A stretch of DNA of 27,186 nt from a virus. Its lineage: Duplodnaviria > Caudoviricetes. Under the pieces are notes generated by a model. It made no database searches, was not told the DNA's origin, and saw only the letters and a list, made by a program, of their open reading frames with translations. The stretch lies in IMG/VR virus record IMGVR_UViG_3300037631_002605, positions 1-27,186 of that record; one strand, 5' to 3'. The translations under genes and the position numbers were made by a program. The first letter of the stretch is position 1, and every line of letters begins with the position of its first letter. This document shows, in pieces, positions 18,083 to 25,136 of the stretch.

Positions 18083-18352
18083 ATGAACGCAAACAAATTA
18101 GAAACCGCATTAGCTGAAATGTTCAGCACTCTAAAACTGTCGCGCCGGCATTTTGAATTTATTGCTGACGAAATTGCACCCCTGCTAGAGTTTCCGACCA
18201 GCATCGAAGCACTGGCAGACAAGCTAGCGGCAACAAACCCACGCTTTGACCGGGAAAAATTCACCGAACGCGCCTTGCGTAATTGGGAAGACGCAAACCT
18301 TGAAACCTTATTGCAAGAATTATACGCAACCGGAGAAAACCCAAATGACTAA
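18083..18352 (+). CDS. Early hypothetical protein, 89 aa
   Basis: GAGGAG RBS; RRHFEFIAD...NPRFDREKF motif is recurrent in small early phage proteins. Confidence 0.75.
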   Translation: MNANKLETALAEMFSTLKLSRRHFEFIADEIAPLLEFPTSIEALADKLAATNPRFDREKFTERALRNWEDANLETLLQELYATGENPND

Positions 18353-18467
18353 GCTAGGTCGCGACATGATACGGGACGAACTACACCGCCAAAGCCTCAA
18401 CCGCTGGCAATGGCGCAAAAGAAAATGGCAACGGTTAATAAATACTATTCTTTTTTGGAGGTCATGA
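18345..18467 (+). CDS. Hypothetical Arg/Trp-rich peptide, 40 aa
   Basis: GGAG RBS before the ATG at 18345; tiles between neighbours. Confidence 0.5.
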   Translation: MTKLGRDMIRDELHRQSLNRWQWRKRKWQRLINTILFWRS

Positions 18468-18468
18468 A

Positions 18469-18660
18469 ATGAATTGGAGACGCACAATCGGGGTATATAT
18501 CGAAGCCCTAGAGACGGGCAACAAGCAGCAAGCAGACGCTGCGGCCTGTGAATTGATGGTCATTGCAGACCATTTGAACAAGCTAGAGGTCAAGTATCCT
18601 GACATGATACAAGAGACACCTAGCAAAATAGTTTACCCCGACCAATGGTGGACGCTATGA
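18469..18660 (+). CDS. Hypothetical protein, 63 aa
   Basis: GGAGGT RBS; ATGA overlap with the next gene. Confidence 0.7.
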   Translation: MNWRRTIGVYIEALETGNKQQADAAACELMVIADHLNKLEVKYPDMIQETPSKIVYPDQWWTL

Positions 18661-18914
18661 GCCAGCCAACATTCAATGAAATGAGTTCAATGTTTTACGC
18701 ATTGCAGACAGTGACCGGGGCAAACCTAAACGGAGAAGAAGGCTTTTGGAATGTGAACGGGGAGTTGATGCACGGCGAAGACGCAGACACACCAGTCACC
18801 GACGATGAGTTCGAGCAAGCATCGCAACGTTGTCGCTTTGCGGCTTGGTATATAGAAAAATGGTGCCTCGAATACTGCGAGAACCAACGAAGCTGGGCGG
18901 ACTTGGAGGACTGA
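18657..18914 (+). CDS. Hypothetical acidic protein, 85 aa
   Basis: ATGA-coupled start at 18657; Asp/Glu-rich. Confidence 0.65.
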   Translation: MSQPTFNEMSSMFYALQTVTGANLNGEEGFWNVNGELMHGEDADTPVTDDEFEQASQRCRFAAWYIEKWCLEYCENQRSWADLED

Positions 18915-18915
18915 C

Positions 18916-19089
18916 ATGAAAAAAAGAAAGATAGACAAGCAAGGGCAGCCGGCAAAATGCGACATCTGTGGAGAGGTAACTCACCAATTTGTTTGCCTGT
19001 TGGTTAGTCCCGACCCTGTAGAGCATGAGACATGGTGCGACCCCTGTTACACCAAAGCACAAACGGAGAAACAACATGGGAATTTATGA
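18916..19089 (+). CDS. Small zinc-finger protein, 57 aa (not in the ORF track)
   Basis: GGAGG RBS; manual translation MKKRKIDKQGQPAKCDICGEVTHQFVCLLVSPDPVEHETWCDPCYTKAQTEKQHGNL, with CxxC...CxxC. Confidence 0.7.
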   Translation: MKKRKIDKQGQPAKCDICGEVTHQFVCLLVSPDPVEHETWCDPCYTKAQTEKQHGNL

Positions 19090-19252
19090 CAGTATCGAGC
19101 AAATGAAATACGAATACGAGCAGCTATTGAATGGCGGGGATTTTCAATCACACCTATTGCAAGTCGAAAATTGTGCCAGAAATATTTTAACTGAAATCGA
19201 AAAAACATTTAAAGGAATAGACGGGGTTGAACTAAGTGACCAGCAAAAGTAA
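19076..19252 (+). CDS. Hypothetical protein, 58 aa
   Basis: GGAG RBS before the ATG at 19076; tiles with neighbours. Confidence 0.6.
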   Translation: MGIYDSIEQMKYEYEQLLNGGDFQSHLLQVENCARNILTEIEKTFKGIDGVELSDQQK

Positions 19253-19583
19253 AGCAAAGGGAACGTATCACGAGAATTGGTTCGTGAAACTGTTCAAGGA
19301 ATGGGGCTTGCCAGTCAAACGCCAGCCCCTATCTGGCGCGCTTGGAGGAGAATATTCGGGCGACCTAGTCATCAACTTAAATGGCCGGGACTACATTGCC
19401 GAGGTCAAATACCGCAAAGAGAAAGGCTTTCCCTCGCCGTTCTCGGTCTTAAAAAATCGAGATGTTGCCTTGTTCAAGCTGGGCAAGGGGGAAGAAGGCT
19501 CACCAAAATGGGTGCTGATTGTGCCTGATAGAATTGTAGAAGAACTAATGGAGAAAGAAAATGAACATGACAATAACGATTGA
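19236..19583 (+). CDS. Holliday junction resolvase-like PD-(D/E)XK nuclease, 115 aa
   Basis: SKAKGTYHE...RQPLSGA...GDL...AEVK motif arrangement of Hjc-type phage resolvases. Confidence 0.8.
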   Translation: MTSKSKAKGTYHENWFVKLFKEWGLPVKRQPLSGALGGEYSGDLVINLNGRDYIAEVKYRKEKGFPSPFSVLKNRDVALFKLGKGEEGSPKWVLIVPDRIVEELMEKENEHDNND

Positions 19584-19977
19584 AGCAGACAAGCAAGAGA
19601 CTTACTCGGTCAAGAGTTTAGTCCGGGCGATATGCGAAACCTTTGGTGTCGAGCAAGACCTATTGCTAGGCAAGCGGCGGGTCGGTTATGTGATGGCTGG
19701 TCGCCATGCCCTGTATTATCTCGGCTATCGAAACACAGCACACACAACCACAACGCTCGGTAATTATTTGGATCGTGACCATACAACTATTCTGCACGGC
19801 CTAAAGAAATGCCAGTCACTGATGGAGAGAAACAACAACTATGCCTTCAAGATAGAGCAAGCGCATTTGCTTGCATTGCAATATGAAATCCAACGGCGCG
19901 AGGGTTTGGACAAACTAAAAGCCGAGGTTCAAGACATGGTTGAACGCTTTCAAATGGAGAAGTTAAATGAACTTTGA
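19561..19977 (+). CDS. Protein with DnaA C-terminal (domain IV) HTH, 138 aa
   Basis: ICETFGV...LLGKRR...GRHALYYL...LGNYLDRDHTTILHG matches the DnaA signature RDHTTVxH; no AAA+ domain present. Confidence 0.82.
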   Translation: MNMTITIEADKQETYSVKSLVRAICETFGVEQDLLLGKRRVGYVMAGRHALYYLGYRNTAHTTTTLGNYLDRDHTTILHGLKKCQSLMERNNNYAFKIEQAHLLALQYEIQRREGLDKLKAEVQDMVERFQMEKLNEL

Positions 19978-20485
19978 GCAAAGAGAAGCACTAATTCACG
20001 AACACTTTGTTCGCAAAATGACAACGATGTATCTGCCACCAAACAATGTGAAGCAGAGTGACGCATCAAAAAAACTTTACGGAGAGGAAATCAGAAAAGC
20101 AATCAACTCTAGGTTGAGCAGCGACATACCCAATGCCGATGTGTTCAATGATTTGCTCGGCAGAGTGTGGGACAAATGCGTATCGGCACACGACTTTCGC
20201 ATCTGGTTTACACCTCACCTAGTCGGCAAGCATGCAGCCAAAGTAAATGCCGAGTGGCAACAGCGCAACACAAAGGCAAACAAGTTGTTCGAGACTGCAA
20301 GCATACATCAAGACGAGCGACCTCGCGCAGGCAAGGCCGACCCGGCCGGACAAGGCTGGACAATCGAGAAGTGTGACGCAGCTATCGAGATGACAAAGAA
20401 AGAACTAGGCAACAGCCACATGGCAAAGGTGCTGTGCCGCATACCAGAAAAAGCAAAGGAACGATTGCTCAATGCACGTGATTAG
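19967..20485 (+). CDS. Hypothetical protein, possibly replication-associated, 172 aa
   Basis: GGAG RBS and overlaps with neighbours. Function suggested only by its position after the DnaA-domain gene. Confidence 0.65.
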   Translation: MNFEQREALIHEHFVRKMTTMYLPPNNVKQSDASKKLYGEEIRKAINSRLSSDIPNADVFNDLLGRVWDKCVSAHDFRIWFTPHLVGKHAAKVNAEWQQRNTKANKLFETASIHQDERPRAGKADPAGQGWTIEKCDAAIEMTKKELGNSHMAKVLCRIPEKAKERLLNARD

Positions 20486-21149
20486 TCTTTACGATTACAC
20501 TGGGCTTGCACTCATGCCTTGGCGAAATGCTGGGTATGAGTGTTATGCCTATGACATTGCTCACAAGGACACACAAAAGGACGGAATAAACTTCCTTCAT
20601 GCAGACCTTCACCAACAGTCAACGCTAAACGAGATTGCAGAGTTTCACGATGGACGCGCCATGTTCATGTCTTGCTTTCCTGTTTGCACTGACTTGGCTG
20701 TGTCCGGGGCAGCGTGGTTTGCCAAAAAACGTGAAGCCAATCCGCGCTTCCAAGACGAAGCAGCCGGCCACGCAATCGCTTGCGCGGCAGTCGGTGACTA
20801 TCTTGGTTGTCCATACTTTGTTGAAAACCCCGTGTCGGTTTTGTCAAGCCTATGGCGCAAACCCGATTACTCTTTCCACCCCTTCGAGTATGGGGGCTAT
20901 CTACCAACAGATGACAAACACCCGACATGGCCTGACTACATTGCCGGGCAAGATAAATACTCAAAGAAAACGTGCCTATGGACTAACGGCCTGTTCAAGA
21001 TGCCCAAGAAAAAACCAGTTGACCACACTGTAAAAGGGCGAAGCACTCAGGACTCGCAGCTTGGCGGGAAGTCAGAGAAGACAAAAAGAATTAGGTCAGC
21101 GACACCAAGAGGTTTTGCACAAGCGGTTTTTGAGGCAAATAAATACTAG
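20472..21149 (+). CDS. Phage Dcm-like DNA (cytosine-5) methyltransferase, 225 aa
   Basis: Motif I-like VISLYDYTG, catalytic-type FPVCTDL, VENPV (motif VI) and C-terminal RSATPRGFAQAV. Confidence 0.78.
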   Translation: MHVISLYDYTGLALMPWRNAGYECYAYDIAHKDTQKDGINFLHADLHQQSTLNEIAEFHDGRAMFMSCFPVCTDLAVSGAAWFAKKREANPRFQDEAAGHAIACAAVGDYLGCPYFVENPVSVLSSLWRKPDYSFHPFEYGGYLPTDDKHPTWPDYIAGQDKYSKKTCLWTNGLFKMPKKKPVDHTVKGRSTQDSQLGGKSEKTKRIRSATPRGFAQAVFEANKY

Positions 21150-21176
21150 ACAAACTGATACGAATTACCCTAATTT
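21147..21176 (+). promoter_or_regulatory. Possible sigma70 promoter for the recombination genes
   Basis: TAGACA (21147-21152), 18-nt spacer, TAATTT (21171-21176), upstream of the exonuclease RBS. Confidence 0.35.
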
Positions 21177-21194
21177 GTATTGAAAGGAAGGCAA

Positions 21195-22010
21195 ATGAGT
21201 AGAGATAACGAAATCAGAAAAGCATCTATCGGCGGCAGTTGTGCCTTGCGAATCATGGACGGTGATTGGCACGACCTTTGGCTAGAGAAGATGGGCTACA
21301 AAAAAGGCGTTGACCTGTCCGATGTCTTGCCTGTCCAGCTTGGCGTTTGGACTGAGGAGTTTAATATCAGGTGGTTTCAAAAGCACATGCAAGTCGAGTG
21401 CTTCAAAGACCCCAACGCAGCCACGCATGAACAACGCTATCACTACAAGTGGGACGGTATTCCCTGCCGAGCAACGCTTGACGCTGAGTTTATGATGCGC
21501 GGTGAGCGATACGGTTTGGAGTGCAAGCACACAAACGACAGAGCCACCATCAATAGCCAGCTTGAAAGATACATGCCACAGCTACAGCTTTATCTAGAAA
21601 TCTCTGGTGTGAAGGCAATGTATTTTGCAAACATCTTTGGCAATGGTCGCTATGAATATGTGAAGGTTGCAAAGAATGAGGAATACATTCAGACAATGCT
21701 CGAACATCTCAAAGAGTTTTGGGGTTATGTCGAGCGTAAAGAAGAGCCGCCACTATCAATGCCGCACTTCTCTGCTGGCATAGACAGGATTGCAATCAAC
21801 GATATGGTGGCGCGTGACGCAAGCAGCGACAACTATTTCAGAGTAAGAGCAGCCGAATACATCAGCACAAAGGAAGCCGCGAAAGAACACGCAGCAGCCG
21901 GGAAAGAATTGAAAGCAATGGTCGGGTTAGATGAACGCGAGGTCTATACCGATGAACTTAGTATCAAACGAGACAAGCGTGGTTCGCTACGCATCAACAT
22001 AAAGAAGTAG
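21195..22010 (+). CDS. YqaJ-like (lambda exonuclease family) recombination nuclease, 271 aa
   Basis: RKASIGGS...LWLEKMG...QLGVWTE...ATLDA...LECKHT...YMPQLQLY motifs; AAGGAAGG RBS before the ATG at 21195. Confidence 0.9.
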   Translation: MSRDNEIRKASIGGSCALRIMDGDWHDLWLEKMGYKKGVDLSDVLPVQLGVWTEEFNIRWFQKHMQVECFKDPNAATHEQRYHYKWDGIPCRATLDAEFMMRGERYGLECKHTNDRATINSQLERYMPQLQLYLEISGVKAMYFANIFGNGRYEYVKVAKNEEYIQTMLEHLKEFWGYVERKEEPPLSMPHFSAGIDRIAINDMVARDASSDNYFRVRAAEYISTKEAAKEHAAAGKELKAMVGLDEREVYTDELSIKRDKRGSLRINIKK

Positions 22011-22039
22011 GGGACAGGGGAGTAGAAACCCTGCCCCCC
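22010..22039 (+). other. GC-rich hairpin after the exonuclease gene (no U tract)
   Basis: GGGGACAGGG-GAGTAGAAA-CCCTGCCCC, a stem with one bulged A. Confidence 0.5.
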
Positions 22040-22044
22040 GCTGT

Positions 22045-22247
22045 CGAAAGGAGGTAACAGCATGACCGATTATACAGCATCACCATTGATAAGTGAAGAG
22101 GCCGAGCCTCTTATCCACCTAATAGGAAATGAATACCAGCTTGGCTGGCGTTCAGTGTGGCTTCACACACCAGACGAAGCGGTGCGAGTTGAATACCGCA
22201 ATAGCAGACTTGTTCTAACAGTAGTGCGAAAGGAGAAACAGCATGAC
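22045..22247 (+). repeat. Near-identical direct repeat of a translation initiation region
   Basis: CGAAAGGAGGTAACAGCATGAC (22045-22066) and CGAAAGGAGAAACAGCATGAC (22227-22247). Confidence 0.8.
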
Positions 22248-22358
22248 AGTGAACAACCTAGCCCCCAACGCAGCGAGGGCAGCAAACAAACCGACGAACA
22301 ATATGGAACTATGGGAGAGGGTGTCCCCATCGGACTCAGCTTACCTGAAGAAGGTTAG
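22062..22358 (+). CDS. Hypothetical protein, 98 aa; C-terminal 116 nt overlap the annealase gene
   Basis: Perfect AAGGAGGT RBS. The first ~60 aa look globular; the overlapped tail is low-complexity. Confidence 0.6.
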   Translation: MTDYTASPLISEEAEPLIHLIGNEYQLGWRSVWLHTPDEAVRVEYRNSRLVLTVVRKEKQHDSEQPSPQRSEGSKQTDEQYGTMGEGVPIGLSLPEEG

Positions 22359-22731
22359 CTTTGGGTCACGTTCTTTTACCAGCATTGACCCAATGTATCA
22401 GGTTCGAGAGGCCACACGCGCTTTCGGGCCGGTGGGTCAAGGTTGGGGATGGCACTCCCAAACAGAGATAATCACTATGGCGAATGGTGATGTGGCGTTT
22501 CTTGCACACATTACAGTTTGGCATGGCAACGCACACAACAGCTTCGGGCCGTTCACTGGTTGCAGGACTTTCTACAAGAAAGACCGCATTGCAGAAGACG
22601 CACCCAAGATGGCTGTAACAGATGGGCTGACCAAGGCATTGTCGCACCTTGGATTCAACGCCGATGTGTTCCTTGGAGAACACGACAACAAGTATGCGGC
22701 AGATAGTAAAGGCGTAAAAGGAGAATGGTAA
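22243..22731 (+). CDS. Rad52/Sak-like single-strand annealing protein, 162 aa
   Basis: FTSIDPMYQVREATRAFGPVGQGWGW...DAPKMAVTDGLTKALSHLGFNADVFLG; lies between the exonuclease and SSB-like genes. Confidence 0.75.
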   Translation: MTVNNLAPNAARAANKPTNNMELWERVSPSDSAYLKKVSFGSRSFTSIDPMYQVREATRAFGPVGQGWGWHSQTEIITMANGDVAFLAHITVWHGNAHNSFGPFTGCRTFYKKDRIAEDAPKMAVTDGLTKALSHLGFNADVFLGEHDNKYAADSKGVKGEW

Positions 22732-23105
22732 TGAGCCAGACTTACGACAAAACTGATAGCGGAGCAGTATTCCCCCCGCGTGATAACCACAAGATGATTC
22801 TGACAGGCAAGGCCAACAACGATGGTCGTGACTCTCAGATGGTAGTAACCATGTCAACGCTGCCTGATGGTCGCAAGATTATGGATGTATATGAAAAGGT
22901 CGGAACTCTTTTCGAGAACGAGAAGAAAGGTGAAAACCCAAACTCGCCGGATTACACCGGGCCGATGGGTAGCCGCCGCATCGCCGCATGGCGTAAGACC
23001 AAAGACGACATGGCATATATGTCTCTTTCATTCAGCGACAAACAGCAAGGTGGTAACAATGCAGAAGCACGTAGCAAGCCAGTGGATGACCACATCCCCT
23101 TCTAA
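22731..23105 (+). CDS. SSB-like protein (DUF736-like) with acidic C-terminal tip, 124 aa
   Basis: GTLFEN...PDYTG...IAAW...YMSLSF and C-terminal DDHIPF resembling the SSB DDDIPF tail; TAATG-coupled start. Confidence 0.72.
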   Translation: MSQTYDKTDSGAVFPPRDNHKMILTGKANNDGRDSQMVVTMSTLPDGRKIMDVYEKVGTLFENEKKGENPNSPDYTGPMGSRRIAAWRKTKDDMAYMSLSFSDKQQGGNNAEARSKPVDDHIPF

Positions 23106-23274
23106 GCTACTGACCATCGAAGAGGTGGGGGCGGCACTATCCGTCCCCCCTCAAGATGTGAAGAAGCTATGCCGCAAACACAGTGTGGCAGTGGTCAAAG
23201 TAGGCCACAAGATTAGGATGACCCCCAAAGATTATGAAGAACTGGTCGGAAAGATGACAACATATTATGGATGA
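23086..23274 (+). CDS. Excisionase-like / MerR-superfamily HTH protein, 62 aa
   Basis: LLTIEEVGAALSV...VKKLCR...VKVGHKIRM pattern. The ORF-track start at 22867 lies inside the SSB gene and is unlikely. Confidence 0.7.
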   Translation: MTTSPSKLLTIEEVGAALSVPPQDVKKLCRKHSVAVVKVGHKIRMTPKDYEELVGKMTTYYG

Positions 23275-23608
23275 ACTAACAGCATGGCAGCAAAGAGCAA
23301 TCCAAGCAGAAAATAAACTGCGTGAAATTGCATCCATACCTAACGACTCAGTTGGATGGAAACAAATGAGGGCAGCGACAGCAATGAAAGCCCTTGAGGA
23401 AATGGATGTGCCAGAAAACATTCTCATCTATATCCGGCAATCAAATGACCCGCAGTATCCGGCGCAGCTATGTGTTCGGGATAATACAGTTGACCCCTCT
23501 TACAATGTATGGGGCATGACCCCTCGCGCCTTATACAATATGGTGCGAATTGGGGTAAGTCTGATGTCACAGGAAAAGTTTTTTAATAATGCACATCACT
23601 CTGAATGA
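23267..23608 (+). CDS. Hypothetical protein, 113 aa
   Basis: Tiles with neighbours via short overlaps. Confidence 0.65.
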   Translation: MDELTAWQQRAIQAENKLREIASIPNDSVGWKQMRAATAMKALEEMDVPENILIYIRQSNDPQYPAQLCVRDNTVDPSYNVWGMTPRALYNMVRIGVSLMSQEKFFNNAHHSE

Positions 23609-24101
23609 AGCAGAAAAAAGACTCTGCCTTTTTGTAGCGCGTTCCCGCAACGCTGCTGCTCGTGAGGTCGCCCCAGAAGATGCACTCAGGGTATCTCCCA
23701 AAGACCCTATCTTCGTTGATTACGAAGGTGCAATGGGTGAACTGGCTTTCTCCAAAATGCTAGGCGTTTACCCAACAGAAATCTTCGAGATTTATCACCG
23801 CTCCTCCTTCAATGGTGAAGATCCGGGCGACCTCACATTCAATGGCTTAGTCATTGACGTTAAGACAACGATACACAAAACAGGCCGACTCATTTCGTTC
23901 AGGAAAAACCCTGCTATCAATATGTTCGTGCTGATGACGGGACAAGATGGGGAGTATGACCTTGCTGGTGGCATGTGGTCATCAGAACTTTACCTTCCCT
24001 CTCGGTATGGTGTGCCTAGCGGCCTGTCGAAAGAGTGTTACTGTGCAACACAAGACGAGTTGCTAGACTCCAAGCAAGTAATGGAATCAATCAGCTTCTA
24101 G
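23589..24101 (+). CDS. Putative PD-(D/E)XK-fold protein, 170 aa
   Basis: GAMGELAF...GDL...IDVKTT motif pattern. Confidence 0.6.
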   Translation: MHITLNEAEKRLCLFVARSRNAAAREVAPEDALRVSPKDPIFVDYEGAMGELAFSKMLGVYPTEIFEIYHRSSFNGEDPGDLTFNGLVIDVKTTIHKTGRLISFRKNPAINMFVLMTGQDGEYDLAGGMWSSELYLPSRYGVPSGLSKECYCATQDELLDSKQVMESISF

Positions 24102-24262
24102 TGTAGGTATGATTTTGGTTCTTCGCCCGACATGATAGCGAACAATTCTTCTGATAGTTCTTCCGCTTCTTCCATATCAACAAGCCCAGAAAACTCCAGC
24201 ACCAACACGGGGAAACCATCATCCCCTTCGACAATAGTCATCTTGAAATCATACTGGTTCAT
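24098..24262 (-). CDS. Small acidic protein, 54 aa (not in the ORF track)
   Basis: Manual translation MNQYDFKMTIVEGDDGFPVLVLEFSGLVDMEEAEELSEELFAIMSGEEPKSYLH; ATGA overlap with the endolysin stop. Confidence 0.7.
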   Translation of the reverse strand: MNQYDFKMTIVEGDDGFPVLVLEFSGLVDMEEAEELSEELFAIMSGEEPKSYLH

Positions 24263-24750
24263 TTAACTAGACCTTGCTGGTAACTGCGACCATTGAACGT
24301 TAGGGCTTGTTTGCGGTTCTGTCCATCACTCTTATACGACACATGCACCCATCCGCTATTAGGTTTCCCGGACTCATAGTGTTCAAGTATCAACTGATCA
24401 TACTCTAGGTTGGCTTGAATCCAAGACGCGACCTTGTGGTTATCGACCCCGATGATTTCAAAGTCAACAGCCTCCCCCTTACAGTGCTGACTGGTTGGCT
24501 TGCTGCCAATCTCTTCGCACAGAAACTCACTGCGGTAGCCGCTTGATACAATCACAGGGGCATTGAACTGGCTGCGCGTAGGCTCAAGGACTGCTTCACA
24601 CAACGCCCGAAGGGAGGAAATGTGTTCCTCTGTTGGGGTGTTGTCGAGGCCTAGCCGGGTCGCGGTTTGGCTCTTGGTCATCTCCTGCAAAGTAAAGTTG
24701 GGTGTGATTCGCCCTTTGGTGGGGGCTGGTTTACCCGCAGGAGTTACTAC
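24259..24750 (-). CDS. Endolysin, peptidase M15 (Zn D-Ala-D-Ala carboxypeptidase-like) domain; start unresolved, possibly reached by -1 frameshift
   Basis: ITPNFTLQEMTKSQTA...SSGYRS...SQHCKGEAVDF (HxxxxxxD)...WVHVS motifs. Confidence 0.88.
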   Translation of the reverse strand, partial: VVTPAGKPAPTKGRITPNFTLQEMTKSQTATRLGLDNTPTEEHISSLRALCEAVLEPTRSQFNAPVIVSSGYRSEFLCEEIGSKPTSQHCKGEAVDFEIIGVDNHKVASWIQANLEYDQLILEHYESGKPNSGWVHVSYKSDGQNRKQALTFNGRSYQQGLVK

Positions 24751-25136
24751 TTTTTTCCGCGCATACTCATCAGTTTGTCTGCACCCTTCACCCCAAACGA
24801 ACTCGTCACGGCGATGAACAGAAGATACTGATACCACTGCGGGAGCGTATCCAACACCGCGAACCCCTCCCGCACTTGCTGGGTAAGCGATGGAATAAAA
24901 ACTAGGATTGCAGGGAGCATCAAAACAACAAGAGCAAACTCATCTTTCCAAGAGCCTTTGGTTGCGTCAGCCATATTGGCTTCCCAATCAATCTTGCCTG
25001 TTGCAATCTTCTTTTGAACGGCAGCGTCAGCCTTTGCCTTTTCGACCTTGACCTCTGCTTTGGCTTTGGTTTCTTGAACCTTGCCATCTACCCAGTTCCC
25101 GGCAATGCCAGCAACCGCACTAAAGATATTCATCAT
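24747..25136 (-). CDS. Holin-like membrane protein (GTA 3TM holin-like), 129 aa
   Basis: Amphipathic N-terminus, coiled coil, SWKDE followed by two hydrophobic segments and a basic C-terminus; directly upstream of the endolysin. Confidence 0.72.
   Translation of the reverse strand: MMNIFSAVAGIAGNWVDGKVQETKAKAEVKVEKAKADAAVQKKIATGKIDWEANMADATKGSWKDEFALVVLMLPAILVFIPSLTQQVREGFAVLDTLPQWYQYLLFIAVTSSFGVKGADKLMSMRGKK

Noticed and set aside
18071-22030. 12-mer GGAGTAGAAACC at 18071-18082 and 22019-22030
   Set aside because: Multiple chance 12-mer matches are expected in 27 kb and the motif is partly an SD sequence; insufficient alone.
22867-23085. Long N-terminal extension of the HTH ORF
   Set aside because: It lies wholly inside the SSB-like gene; the HTH domain begins after the ATG at 23086.
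23086-23274. Excisionase-like HTH as evidence of a prophage or temperate lifestyle
   Set aside because: No integrase, repressor, att-like site or host genes are visible in the window; such HTHs also occur in lytic phages.
24751-24837. GTG at 24837 as the endolysin start
   Set aside because: It would overlap the holin's last TM-coding region by about 90 nt and adds a sequence unlike M15 N-termini. Considered less likely than frameshifting, but not excluded.
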